64,000 nucleotides of DNA, taken from NCBI RefSeq assembly GCF_964355755.1, contig NC_092670.1, positions 37,064,388 through 37,128,387 on the forward strand, in the 5' to 3' direction. The first letter of the stretch is position 1. Each line of letters starts with the position of its first letter. Positions 27,383 to 40,272 of the stretch are shown here, one piece after another. Origin of the DNA: Antedon mediterranea (lineage: Eukaryota > Animalia > Echinodermata). The notes below the pieces were generated by a model that saw only the letters and a program-made list of their open reading frames with translations, did not search any database and was not told where the DNA came from. The translations under genes and the position numbers were made by a program.

Positions 27383-30300
27383 CTAACTGTATGAGTTGGC
27401 TTTGTGCTTTGGTAAGAATTGAAAGCTGCTTGGTACCGGTCCAAGTAACATCTCACTGAAAAGAACGTTGTAATTTAGTGTGTAGTGAAATGTAGTAGAA
27501 TTTTTTAATGTAAAAGATTGCTAGTAAAATGACTTGTGAAATACTAGCCTAGAGAACTATTAGAAAAATAAACACATTTTACTTTTGCGTTTCTTTTAGT
27601 TTTTTCCTTTAAAATTGACCTGAAATATATTTTTGACAAAAAAGCCGAAATAAGATACCATGGTAAATAAGCAAAAATTACTCCTGCTATTACAATATTC
27701 GGCCGTCGGGAGCATCTATATTGCCAGGAAAAAACCTGTTGGATTGATGATTTTAAATCGTCATTCACTCAATGAATAACCGTTTATACAGTAATAATTT
27801 ATCTCTAAAAAATGCTGAATACGTTTCTGCAAAAGCACAAGCATTTTTTTAAACTCCATAGATTTCAAAAGTTATAGCCAAAAAAAGGAGGGATAGGAAT
27901 ATATTCGCAAAGTGACGTCACCCGCGAATGTTTTGGATTTTCAAAAGGTAGAATTTATATTTTGTAACAATATACTTTCTAGCAACACCTAGTAGCTGCC
28001 AGAACATCATTTTAAAATGAAAAAAAAATCGAAAATCCATTTCAGGTTCATTTTTTAAAAAATCAATTGAATCTAAATGAAAATAATTCTGAAATCTTAA
28101 AATTTAGGGTTAATAATTACCTTATTTTGACCCAATCTCTGCAATCTGGACTGGCCATCAGTGTCTCAAGATCATCTCGTCCCAGATAGTGAGGTGGCCG
28201 TTCATTGATACGCTGTGGAACCCTCTCAAGAACTCCCACCGGTATGTAACGGTAAAGAAACGATAACCACTCCAACATGAATCTTCTAGTTTTATCAACA
28301 CCCTGGAAATAAAAGTGTGCATTTGTTTTTAATTTTAATTTATTTTCACAAACATGCATAGTGAACTTTGTGTGCAATATATTAAATTTATATATACAGA
28401 CAAATACATTGATAGTACAAGTATGTGAGAGGTTAGATCTGTAAAGCAGTACAAAGATCATGCATTTCTGCTATTGGTTGTTATTGATGGTGGGAGAGGG
28501 GGGTGGGGCTCTTTTTCCGCTATTGGTTGTTATTGATGGTGGGAGAGGGGGTGGGGCTCTTTTTCCACTATTGGTTGTTATTGATGGTGGGAGAGGGGGG
28601 TGGGGATCTTTTTCCGCTATTGGTTGTTATTGATGGTGGGAGAGGGGAGTGGGGATCTTTTTCCGCTATTGGTTGTTATTGATGGTGGGAGAGGGGAGTG
28701 GGGATCTTTTTCCGCTATTGGTTGTTATTGATGGTGGGAGAGGGTAGTGGGGATCTTTTTCCGCTATTGGTTGTTATTGATGGTGGGAGAGGGCAGTGGG
28801 GATCTTTTTCCGCTATTGGTTGTTATTGATGGTGGGAGAGGGGGGTGGAGATCTTTTTCTGCTATTGGTTGTTATTGATGGTGGGAGAGGGGAGTGGGGA
28901 TCTTTTTCTGCTATTGGTTGTTATTGATGGTGGGAGAGGGGAGTGGGATCTTTTTCCGCTATTGGTTGTTATTGATGGTGGGATAGGGGAGTGGGGATCT
29001 TTTTCTGCTATTGGTTGTTATTGATGGTGGGAGAGGGGAGTGGGATCTTTTTCCGCTATTGGTTGTTATTGATGGTGGGAGAGGGGAGTGGGGATCTTTT
29101 TCTGCTATTGGTTGTTATTGATGGTGGGAGAGGGGAGTGGGATCTTTTTCCGCTATTGGTTGTTATTGATGGTGGGAGAGGGGGGTGGGGCTCTTTTTCT
29201 GCTATTGGTTGTTATTGATGGTGGGAGAGGGGGGTGGGGCTCTTTTTCTGCTATTGGTTGTTATTGATGGTGGGATAGTGGAGTGGGGATCTTTTTCCGC
29301 TATTGGTTGTTATTGATGGTGGGAGAGGGGGGTGGGGATCTTTTTCTGCTATTGGTTGTTATTGATGGTGGGAGAGAGGGGTGGGGCTCTTTTTCTGCTA
29401 TTGGTTGTTATTGATGGTGGGATAGTGGGGTGGGGCTCTTTTTCTGCTATTGGTTGTTATTGATGGTGGGAGAGGGGAGTGGGGATCTTTTTCCGCTATT
29501 GGTTGTTATTGATGGTGGGAGAGGGGGGTGGGGATCTTTTTCTGCTATTGGTTGTTATTGATGGTGGGAGGGGGAGGTGGGGATCTTTTTCCGCTATTGG
29601 TTGTTATTGATGGTGGGAGAGAGGGGTGGGGATCTTTTTCCGCTATTGGTTGTTATTGATGGTGGGATAGGGGAGTGGGGATCTTTTTCCGCTATTGGTT
29701 GTTATTGATGGTGGGAGAGAGGGGTGGGGATCTTTTTCCGCTATTGGTTGTTATTGATGGTGGGAGAGGGGGGTGGGGATCTTTTTCCGCTATTGGTTGT
29801 TATTGATGGTGGGATAGTGGGGTGGAGATCGTTTTCCGCTATTGGTTGTTATTGATGGTGGGATAGTGGGGTGGGGATCTTTTTCCGCTATTGGTTGTTA
29901 TTGATGGTGGGATAGTGGGGTGGGGATCTTTTTCCGCTATTGGTTGTTATTGATGGTGGGAGAGGGGGCTGGGGATCTTTTTCCGCTATTGGTTGTTATT
30001 GATGGTGGGAGAGAGGGGTGGGGCTCTTTTTCTGCTATTGGTTGTTATTGATGATGGGAGAGGTTTCCTGGTGATTATTCATCTTTATTGACAATAAAAA
30101 ATGAACATTTTGTGAGATTTTTATTCTTTTCTATTTATAAATGTTCACAAAGCATGGCTTGCTAATCTAAAAGTGCAGCAAGCCTAAAAGATCTTAAATG
30201 AGAACCATATAAAGTATTTCCACTGGCTTAGGGAGCCTCATAGTTTTCAATTTAAAATTGAGTAACTTACCTGTTGGTCAGAGCCCCAGTGTTCTAAACC

Positions 30301-33300
30301 AAAGTTGGTGAAATCTTGAAGGATACTAAAACGTTCACTTGAAGAAATATCCCAGTGTCTATAACAACAATTTACTTCTACTTTATTATTTCTATTTATT
30401 AATAATTGGTATCAAATACAAATATTGCTTATCTATATACTGTAGAACAATTCAACATATGCAATAAAATCAAAGCATGATAGTTCAAAATCATGTATAC
30501 CTTTGTTCCTTAATCTCCGTAAAAATCCAGGGTTTGATGAGGGCGCCCCGTGCTATCATGACACTTGACATACCTGTTCGTGCTTTCTGCATGTTAAGGT
30601 CCTCAAATGAGAAAATATCACCATTTCCTATTTCACATACAATGATTAATATAATACTACATGAGACTCGCAAGCATATTTGGAAGCTTTCTAATTAGTT
30701 ACGTAAATTCTATTTTGTGCTTGTATGGACATTGGGACTGGCTTCCTTACACAAATTCTTAATTCACTTATGTTGGATTCTAGGTCAGGCGACTAACAAC
30801 ACAATATGCATAGGTCACAGGTCATCGCAAATATAATAAAGTAACGACAAATAATACATTAAAAGTTGTTGAAAACAATATGTATTATGTAATGGCCACA
30901 GCCATAGATTAAGTTTGCATCAATTGATAATATAATTATAATCTATTAATTTACCAAGAAATGGTTTTGGGCCGCACAGTGAAGCACACTGTTCTAAATA
31001 ATCCCAGTCTGCTGCCCTCGTGTATCGTTGCTCCCTTGTTCTGCCGTGAACCTGAAATAAAAATTTGAAAGCTTACTAATAAAAATCAGAATTCAATAAT
31101 TAAAGAATAATGAAATCTACACACATGAAATATAATTTAAAACATTTTTGTTGTTGAATATGCCATTTTAATGTAACATAATAGTTATTCATTTTGACCC
31201 AAAATTGGATCGGCAAAAAAAATGATTTACCTGAAAAAACTGTAATTTAAAGTAAAAAAACAGATACATTTTCTGCATTTTTGATTAAATTTAAGTGTTT
31301 ATTATGTTGTTTTAAAAGTGGAAAAATTGTTTTTAGTATTTTTTTCTACTGAAGTGATTAACTTTATTGAAACTAAAAATAACCTATTCAAAGTCTGATT
31401 TAATTAATCTTCATTTGTCCTGTTTTTGGGGGACAATACATCTTTAATGAGAAACTGACAGACTCGATAAAAATAGTTACAACTGCTTACCGTAACAAGG
31501 GATGCACCCCAATCCAACACCTTTGGAATTATTTTATGTGCAGTAAACACTCTATCATCAACACCTGCCCTCATCTTTACTGTAATAGGTACATCAGATA
31601 CCTAAGAATTAAAATATATATGAGTTACTGCAGTAAATTCTAACTGTGTGCCTCAAAAACTCTATGATTAGGATAAAAAAACTTTGGATTAATAATTACA
31701 GAATCAACATAGTGTTCAGAATATATACAAATTACGGCATACTGTACCTCAACCATTCCACGAACTATCTCTTCAAATTTAGACAATCTACACATCAATG
31801 CTGAACCTGCACCCTATAAAGAAAAAACAGTAAATTGTGAATTTATCACTGAAATTGTGAACAGTTACAAATGAAATTTCTTATTCTTCATTTCTTATTC
31901 TTTAATGCCAATTATAAAAAACAACAACGAACAAAACTACAAAGTCAGTGGCAGGAAACACGAAAGGGAAATAAATCCCTGTGACAAGAGCCTGTGAATC
32001 CTCTAACCAAGTAGCACATAAATATAGCATTTCAATAAATATATCAGAAAATATCCACACACAAAAGTATCAAAAAATCATAAACTACAAAAACCAGCAG
32101 CAAATATGAGATAAATATATTGTGGTAGTTACGACTACTAAACTAGCACAATAATTATTTTTTGAAATGCTAATCTCAACTAGATGATTAAGGAGCTGAG
32201 AAAGGATTCAAACCCAGTCTTCTAGAATTGAGCTATAGTTCCACTGTGGTGTTAGACAAGGAGTATTGTCAGGCTTTACCTTCTTAAATACAAGATCAAT
32301 CGGACATCCAACATTAATATCAATGAAGTCAACATTAACTTCGTTGTTAATCAATTCAGTGCATTTCGCCATGGTGTCTGGAAAGGAGCCACAAATCTGA
32401 AATCATCAAACAAAAATAGATATATTGTTCCCTAACAAAAAATTGTTGTTGTTGAATGTGCCATTTTAATAATAGTTTTTCACTTTGACCTGGAACTGGG
32501 TCGAAAAAAAAAAATATTTTCCTGAAAAAAATTTAATTTAAAGAAAAAAAAAATATATAAATTGTCTGTAAGATGGTATTTGGTTATTTAAAATTTGATT
32601 CTTTTGTCTATTAATCAGCGAAAAAATTATTTGTTTATTATCGAGTTCATTTCATTTCTGTATTAGCCATAAAAAAATACATAGTCTGAGAATGACCACA
32701 GTTAAACTTTGACCCTCAGGTCGGTCTTACTGTCTCAGAAAATACTAATACTCACTAATAAGGGGGCAGTTTTAAGTGAAACGAACAAGACAACCTCTAT
32801 TCAGGGGACACTTAATTGTGCACTGAAGGTGTTTTAGATTATACGTTCTATTGTACAGGTATTCATTTAGAGATTTGTTTCGTTTTTCAATGACTGCATA
32901 TAAATTTGAGATAAATATACAAAGAAATTCTGCCAACCTGAACACCAAAAACATCTTCAGAGACATGGCGTTTAAGTAATGCCCATTCTGACGGATGTCC
33001 TTGTAAGAGGTTTGTACACATAGCCATCTCACCACATGTGATGTCCGCACCAAGACCTTTGCATACCCTACGAAATGGTAAATTCCCAACCTGGAGGAAA
33101 GTTTTTAAAAAAGGTTTTAACGTAGCTTTTAATATATTACAAGACAATAAAAAAGCATTGGCTTTAGCTCTACACTATAATAATAATAATACACCACATT
33201 TATATAACACATTTTTCATGAAAAAACATGCTCAAATCAAACTAGTCTGACAAAAAAATTGTGTGATGTTTCCAAATATGGTAGTGATTCTTAAATATGG

Positions 33301-35053
33301 TAGTGATATGACATCATCATGTCCATATATGGGCACATCACATAAAGTTTGATAGTGTAGAGAGAGCTTAAATAGGGTAGGCTTTTCTGAAATGTGAATG
33401 GTCAATAAATGTTGAATTAATCTGAATCATGAATATGTAAAGAATACACATCCTGCAAATGGGCCTGTAAATTTGTTAAGATCGTAAAAACAAAAAACAT
33501 GGCTATTTGCTTACAGTTGTAAGAGGAGCCAAATATAACTTGTCGTTGAACTTCACAGTTTTTTTCAATACTGGGACAGGAGTGACTCCTTCCTCTAGTT
33601 TTACTGATACTGGTTCAGTGGCAGCAGTGCTTGCAGCATCTAGAGCAGCCTCACTTCCAATAAGTGCCACGCCTTTGAATTCTTCACTTCTTTGCAAAGG
33701 AGTGACTCCGTCCTCTAGTTTTACTGGTGCTAGGTCAGTGGCAGCAGTACTTGCAGCATCTAAAGCAGCCTCACTTCCAATAAATGCCACGCCTTTGGAT
33801 TCTTTGCTTCTTTGCAACGTGCCCTTTTTTGGACTTGATAACTGGTATTTACGTTCATGGTCCATCTTTGACTTGTTCAGAATATCTAAATAAGAGTCGG
33901 CATTTGGAAATTTGTACATTTTCTTTCGCAGTTTCGATTTGACCTCTGGGTTTAAAACACTTAGCGTAAGATTCTTTGATTCTCTGTTAAATTTTTCTTC
34001 ATCAACGATGGTTGAATAATCCTCTCTCGTGTGTTGTCCGCTAAAGCGGCAAGCAAGGCCAAATGGACATTTGCCATAGGTCTCAAAATTGTAACATTTT
34101 TTCGCGATATCTGGCAGTTTGTTTGCGAAGTACACTTTTACGTCATGAGTAAACGTACATTTCTCTGCGAATTTACAGTCTCTGTTAGTAGCGATAAACT
34201 GGCATATATTCTCCTTCGGATTTGGACGTTCATCACGAGGCCGGTGTTTGTTGCGCCCTCTATTTTTCTTTGATCGTTTTGAGGGAGGCTCAACAATGTC
34301 AGTAGCTTCATTTGTTGGTTGACATTTCTTTACAAAAGTATTACCTACTTTTGTAAAATCCATGAACCTGGAATAAAAGTGGAAATTCCTCACATTTCTC
34401 AAATATACACAAGACGTAATCATGAAAAATAAAGATTAATTAAATCAGATTTTGAATAGGTTATTTTGTAGTTTATATAAAGTTAATCACTTCCGTGGCA
34501 AAAAAACTGAAATAAATTAATGTTTTCATTTAAAAATGACAAAATATTAATAATTTGCTTTTGATTTTTTTTATCATCTAATTGGTCAAAATGGATATTA
34601 ATATTATGTGACATTAAAATGAAATATTCAACAATAATTATTTTTTCCCAATACATCATTTTTACTAAATTATGAGAAAAGCAAAGCATTAAATTAAGTA
34701 TTAAAAGAGGGAATAAAAATATAAAGAAGATTTATCTGCCTGATTGATTAATGTACATCTCAAAAGAATAAGATAATTTGAAACTGTCTGAGAAGAAATG
34801 AAGACTGTTAGAGAGACTTTGAAATGATGAACTTTGACACTAACTCAAGCTTAACTGCTGCTGTTCCAGCTTGACTATGCATTTTCTTAAGAACTGCTTG
34901 TTTCATTTCATCTGTTACTTCTTCTCTGATTTTTTCAACTGGGGGTTCCACTGCACTTGTTGACACCTCTTCCATTGTAGTCTTCTCTTTATCGTTAGTG
35001 TCAGATAAACCATGCGTGTCACATAATTCATTTGATTCACTAGCTTTGCTCAT
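27383..35053 (-). CDS. DUS3L: tRNA-dihydrouridine(47) synthase-like, 691 aa
   Basis: 11 exons: 35053-34845, 34367-33515, 33090-32938, 32396-32280, 31813-31748, 31601-31491, 31051-30955, 30627-30501, 30358-30271, 28302-28121, 27455-27383 (2076 nt). Two CCCH fingers, [55 protein letters not shown]. Confidence 0.96.
28468..30062. repeat. 48-49-bp G-rich minisatellite, ~33 copies, in a DUS3L intron
   Basis: gctattggttgttattgatggtgggagaggggagtggggatctttttcc repeated. Confidence 0.96.
33578..33817 (-). repeat. 120-bp in-frame tandem duplication within DUS3L coding exon 2
   Basis: [40 protein letters not shown] / [40 protein letters not shown]. Confidence 0.93.
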
Positions 35054-35556
35054 CTTAATGTGTTCTATAAAATAAAAACAAACAATGGCCAATTCATTGG
35101 CTGTGGTGGGTGAAAATACTAGTATTACTATAGTGTCTGGCCTATCTATACTAAATGGCAATAATAATCATACCTATCAATATCATACACAGTTTATAGC
35201 TAGGCCACCCCCCTACCTAGAATAGATTATCTTTTCTTAATCTTTAAATTAATCTTTCTCTGCTGACCATGATGGAGGAATATTATGATACATTTACTGA
35301 GGCCTATATATATTTTTAATGTAATACTAATGGCCTCTCTGTTTACAACCAGCTGAAATATAGGTAGCATGGCCTGCCTACTGTAGCTTCGACAGCCCTG
35401 GGATAGACCTACCTAGGCCTGGCCCTAGCTAGTAGGCCTACTAAGTGAAGAATTTAGGCCTAACTTAAGTCTCTAGCATGCAGCCCTTACATGATAAACA
35501 TACTAGTCTACAGCCCTTAATTAATACTAGGCCTAGGCCTAGATAGAAGCCTAGCA

Positions 35557-37973
35557 GTAGCAACATTTCATCAAAAATTTAAAGGCATTGAATTCACTTT
35601 ATTTTAGCATAGTAAGAAAGGGTAGGATTATAGCTTTTATTTGCCACCTCCCTTAGTCAATTTGGACATTGGGTTCCAGAGTTATCGCAATTTGAAAATT
35701 TGAAAAATCATGATTTTTCGTTAATCTTATATATGAGGAATATTGGTCAAAACAGATGTATATACAGGTAGTTATCAAGCTAATTAAATATTCATAAAAA
35801 GGTAAACAACTTTAAACAAATGTAAAATCTATATGAAACATAGTTTCTTCATGTTTTTTCACCTATAGGTACCTCAAGTCTCAACGACCCCATTTTGGCA
35901 AAATTTTTATTATATTCGACATTGCGAATATGTTACCATGACAACCAGAGTTTGTGTAAACAAGAAAATAAACAAATGGATTTAACTCAATGTTTAAGCA
36001 TATTTTATTATTAAAACAAAGTTATTATGTTAGTTTCAATAAATTGTCAACAAACTAAATAATTTTTAATTTCATAAGATGAAAAGTTACCATAGCAACA
36101 AGACTTTAATTTGTTTACTAATAATTTGAATGTGATGCGCAAAAAGATGTCAACCTATAAAAAGGTAAACAAGTGTACAGAATATATATAAAACTTGTTT
36201 TTTCACCAATAGGTACTATTAATACCAAGTGACAACAACCACATTAAAACAAATATGATTATGTGGTAGAAATAAGTTACCATGGCAACCAGCATTTATG
36301 TAAACAAGAAAATAAACAATTGGATTTAACTCGATATTTAGGAGTGTTTGCATACAAAAACAAAGTTATTCTCTTAGTTTTAATTGTCAGCAAACTATAT
36401 AATTTTTAACTTTTTTAAGACGAACAGTTACCATAGCAACAAACATTAATTTGTTTACTAATAATTTATATACAATATATATTATGATGCGCAAAAAGAT
36501 GTTGCTTTAAAAAGGTAAACAAGTGTAGAATATAAAACTTAATTTCTTCATTGTTTTTTCACTAATACTGTAGGTACTTACCAAGTCTCAACAACAACAT
36601 TTTTGAAGAAAAAAATGATTGTGTATGTTACTAATAAGTTACCATGGCAACCAGAATTAATGTAAACAAAAAATTGGGCGTCCAACACTAATGATCATTT
36701 TGTTTTTTCGTACTTGTAAACGTAATTTTTACTGCATCTTCAACACATCATCAAATCACCAGCAGTAATAAAACCAAAGCAGTCAACAGTAATACAAAAA
36801 ATACATTCATTTATTTTTTGTTTGCAACACATTTATTTAAAAGTAAGCGAGTTAATGTAGTCTACAGTATAGCAGATTTTAATAAATGTGTGTTTATACA
36901 TGGTTTATATGTAATATTCTTATGTTTGTCTTGATTAGTATAGCTCAAATTCATTTTCATAATTAAATTATACTATATAGTATGATAAACTACTAATTAA
37001 ACTATGATTTGTGGAATTTATATATTTCTTATTGGTTAAAATATCAGATTGGTAACTGGTGCGGGTATTTATATTGAATCTGAAATTAGAAAAATAAAAA
37101 AAAACAATTAGTATCGATATTAATAATTTTATATATAAATAACAAAATTAACGTTAAAATAAAATATTTTCATTAGAAGACAATATTGAACAATAAAAAC
37201 AACAAATAATCAACAAAACATATAATTAACAAAAAACAGTATATAATAGAAGGAGTAAACCTACCAGATAGAACAGCAAACTTAATAATCAAGGGACTGC
37301 ACACGGTGGTGTTAACAACTAGGCTAACACCCTCTGTAATTAAAAATATCAATACAGTAATATTATTTAATTTACGGTATTTAAATAACTCAAAATTCTA
37401 GAAAACATTAAATATACATCAACAATTAAATTTACAATGTCAGCAAACATTATTTATTAATATACTAAATGATTTTATTATGGTTTTATTGATTAACAAA
37501 AAGCTAGGCCAAGTGACCTTCAAATGACCTAGACTTGGCCTAAGAAAGTCGTTGGCGTCGGGAAGCGTCGCATTTAATCTGCTTGAAATTATTGCATTCA
37601 AGTCAAAGACAACCTGTTCTTTCCGTTTTTCATATTGTTTTTAATGGGTCTATAACCGTTATATTCGAAAAATTAGGTTAAAAATCATTTTTTTATCACT
37701 CAATATTACTTACCTATTCTGAAATCAATAACTTTGCTTATAATAAACGGATCTTGATAATTTTTTTTTTAAACCGATCGGAAAAAAAAGATGGCGAAGG
37801 TAAACGATTAAAAAGGTGACATATACACCCACAATGCACCATAAAAACCGTTTGAACGGTACAAGGTAAACAACCGCTGGCGGCGTCAACTAAAACCAAG
37901 ATTTTGCACAGCGAACTGAACCGAGTATATTGATGCGCAGAAACGATGCGCGGTAGCAAATTGCGGTCGCTAC
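35557..37973. mobile_element. Putative 2.4-kb non-autonomous insertion with internal ~350-bp tandem repeats
   Basis: tagca|gtagcaac ... gtcgctac|tagca; splits a TAGGCCTA-rich tract; ~3 repeat units at ~35790-36670. Confidence 0.4.
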
Positions 37974-40272
37974 TAGCAGGCTAGCTAGGCCTACATTTAT
38001 TTTTTGGCCTAGGCCTAGCCTAGAGTAGAGGAGGGCCTACTAGATTAGACTAGCTAGATGGCCTACTTAGCTAGCTAGATAAGCAATGGATATTCACACT
38101 CTACTTGTATTACGCTACTGTGTTTATTTGATTAAAAAAAGAACATTAATAAATGAACATCAAAAACACACATTTACGAAAAACACCACATGTGCCGGAT
38201 CGTTTGAGGGCGGAAACATACCCATTTTAAAATTCCGCCCTCTCTCGCTTAAAAACTTTTTTCATGCAAAATACATTCTTTCTACTCACCATATATGTCC
38301 CTAATCCTCCTACGCAGAAACATTACACAGAAAGGAACTGCTCTGCGTGAACTATTATTTATTTGTGTACATATTTCTTCTGAAACTCTATAGTTAAAAA
38401 CCACGCTACCAGTCGTGTGATTGAGCGTTTCCGCTGCTCCATCTTCAACCTTTTTTAGCAAATTATCATGTGTGCATATATCCATATAAAGCATTGTCCA
38501 CATTAAACTTTATGTGATGTGCCCATATATGGACATAATGACGTCATATCATATTTGGGAATATCACTACCATATTTGGGTACATCACACTTTTTTTTCA
38601 CACTAGTTTGATAGTGTAGACAGAGCTTAAACGAGACTCGGCCTTTTCTAAAGCCCCTAATACATCTTACCTTATAGTAAGTTCAAATTGTATTTTTATA
38701 ATAACAATTTAAAGCATTAAACTATTAGCGCAGTCAGAGACTATAAATCTCCTACGTCTTTCTAGAGCTCAGACGACATGCATACGGAGGAAATTTCTGT
38801 AAAACAACCATTTTTACATGAAAAACAATAGGAAGATGATCTATATTGCTTGCTTGAATCAGTTTGATGAACATCCAGCAAATTATATACTCAACATATG
38901 AATTTAATTTTATTTTAGTAGAAGCATGACGACATATCCAACGAGTTTTGTTTCTTTCTAGTCTCATTTATTGAAATTAAAACATTTTCTTGACATGAAA
39001 AATGAAAATGTTATTTTATTTATTGAAGGTAGGCCTTCCTCCTGACTTTTAATAAAATACACACTAAGATTGAGAAAGTGCTAGAAGAGAATTATTAAAA
39101 TACATTAAAACTTATTAACTTTATCATTACTTTCTAGTACTAGCATGTCCACATTATCAAACTTTGTGACAAAAACTGTGATGTGCCCATATATGGACAT
39201 AATTACGTCATATCATACAAGAATCGTCTTCTTGTCTGCTTTCAAATTGATCTTCTAACTCTCTTCTTAAGCTCTGTCTACACTATCAAACTAGTTGGGT
39301 GTGATGTGCCCAAATTTGGTAGTGATATCCCCAAATATGGTAGTGATATGATATCATCATTTTCATATACGGGCACATTTTTGTCACATAAAGTTTAATG
39401 TGTAGACAATTGACTGTACTTAATTAAAGAGGCTCATTTCTTACTTTGGTGCAGTACTGGTAACTGTAGGGCTATAGCAAAAGCTGATATTTTTGGATGA
39501 GTTTGTTCTTTCCAGAACTATCTGACTAAAGCTCTGTCTACACTATCAAACTTTATGTGAAAAAATAAATCTGAAGTGCCTATATATATGGACATGATGT
39601 CATATCAGTACCATATTTAAGCGCATCACTGCCATATTTGGGCACATCTCACTCTTTTTGTCAAACTAGTTTGTGTAGACAGAGCTCTAGTTATGAAAGG
39701 TTATCAAGGGTATTTATTTCTAATTGTTCAGTTAAAAACTGAATTACAACCATCGTATATTTAATAATATTAACAATCATTTAAAATATTAAAATCACTA
39801 TCAATTTTTAAATACAAAATACAATTACAATTTATATTATATTATATACAATTATAAAATACAATAATTATAAGATAAAAAAAGTTGTAAAACGATTTAA
39901 TTGATAATAGTAACTAGGATAATATTATATATGCTGTTTATAGGCAAATTATTGTTTCGGGTATATAAGTTATACAGTTAGTTATTTTAAACATGATAAG
40001 ATAAGGCACGTTGTGCTGGTAATCATCGGGAGAGCTGCGTTTGAAATAAATTAAAATCGTGCGTAGGCCTACAATATTGAGGGAATGGTGCTGTTCCGCC
40101 ATACCACGCCAAGAGTGTTAAAGAGTCGCTATCCAATCGAGTTTGAACAATACCATTACATTCTCAGTGGTCTAATGATTTATTACCACCTAAAATAAAT
40201 CAAAATCTTTCTTTCTTAAAACCCAAGTTTCTCAGCACAGTGGATCACAGGACACACAAAGTATAGAAACGT

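Noticed and set aside
28991-29218. 75-aa ORF
   Set aside because: Translation of the G-rich minisatellite
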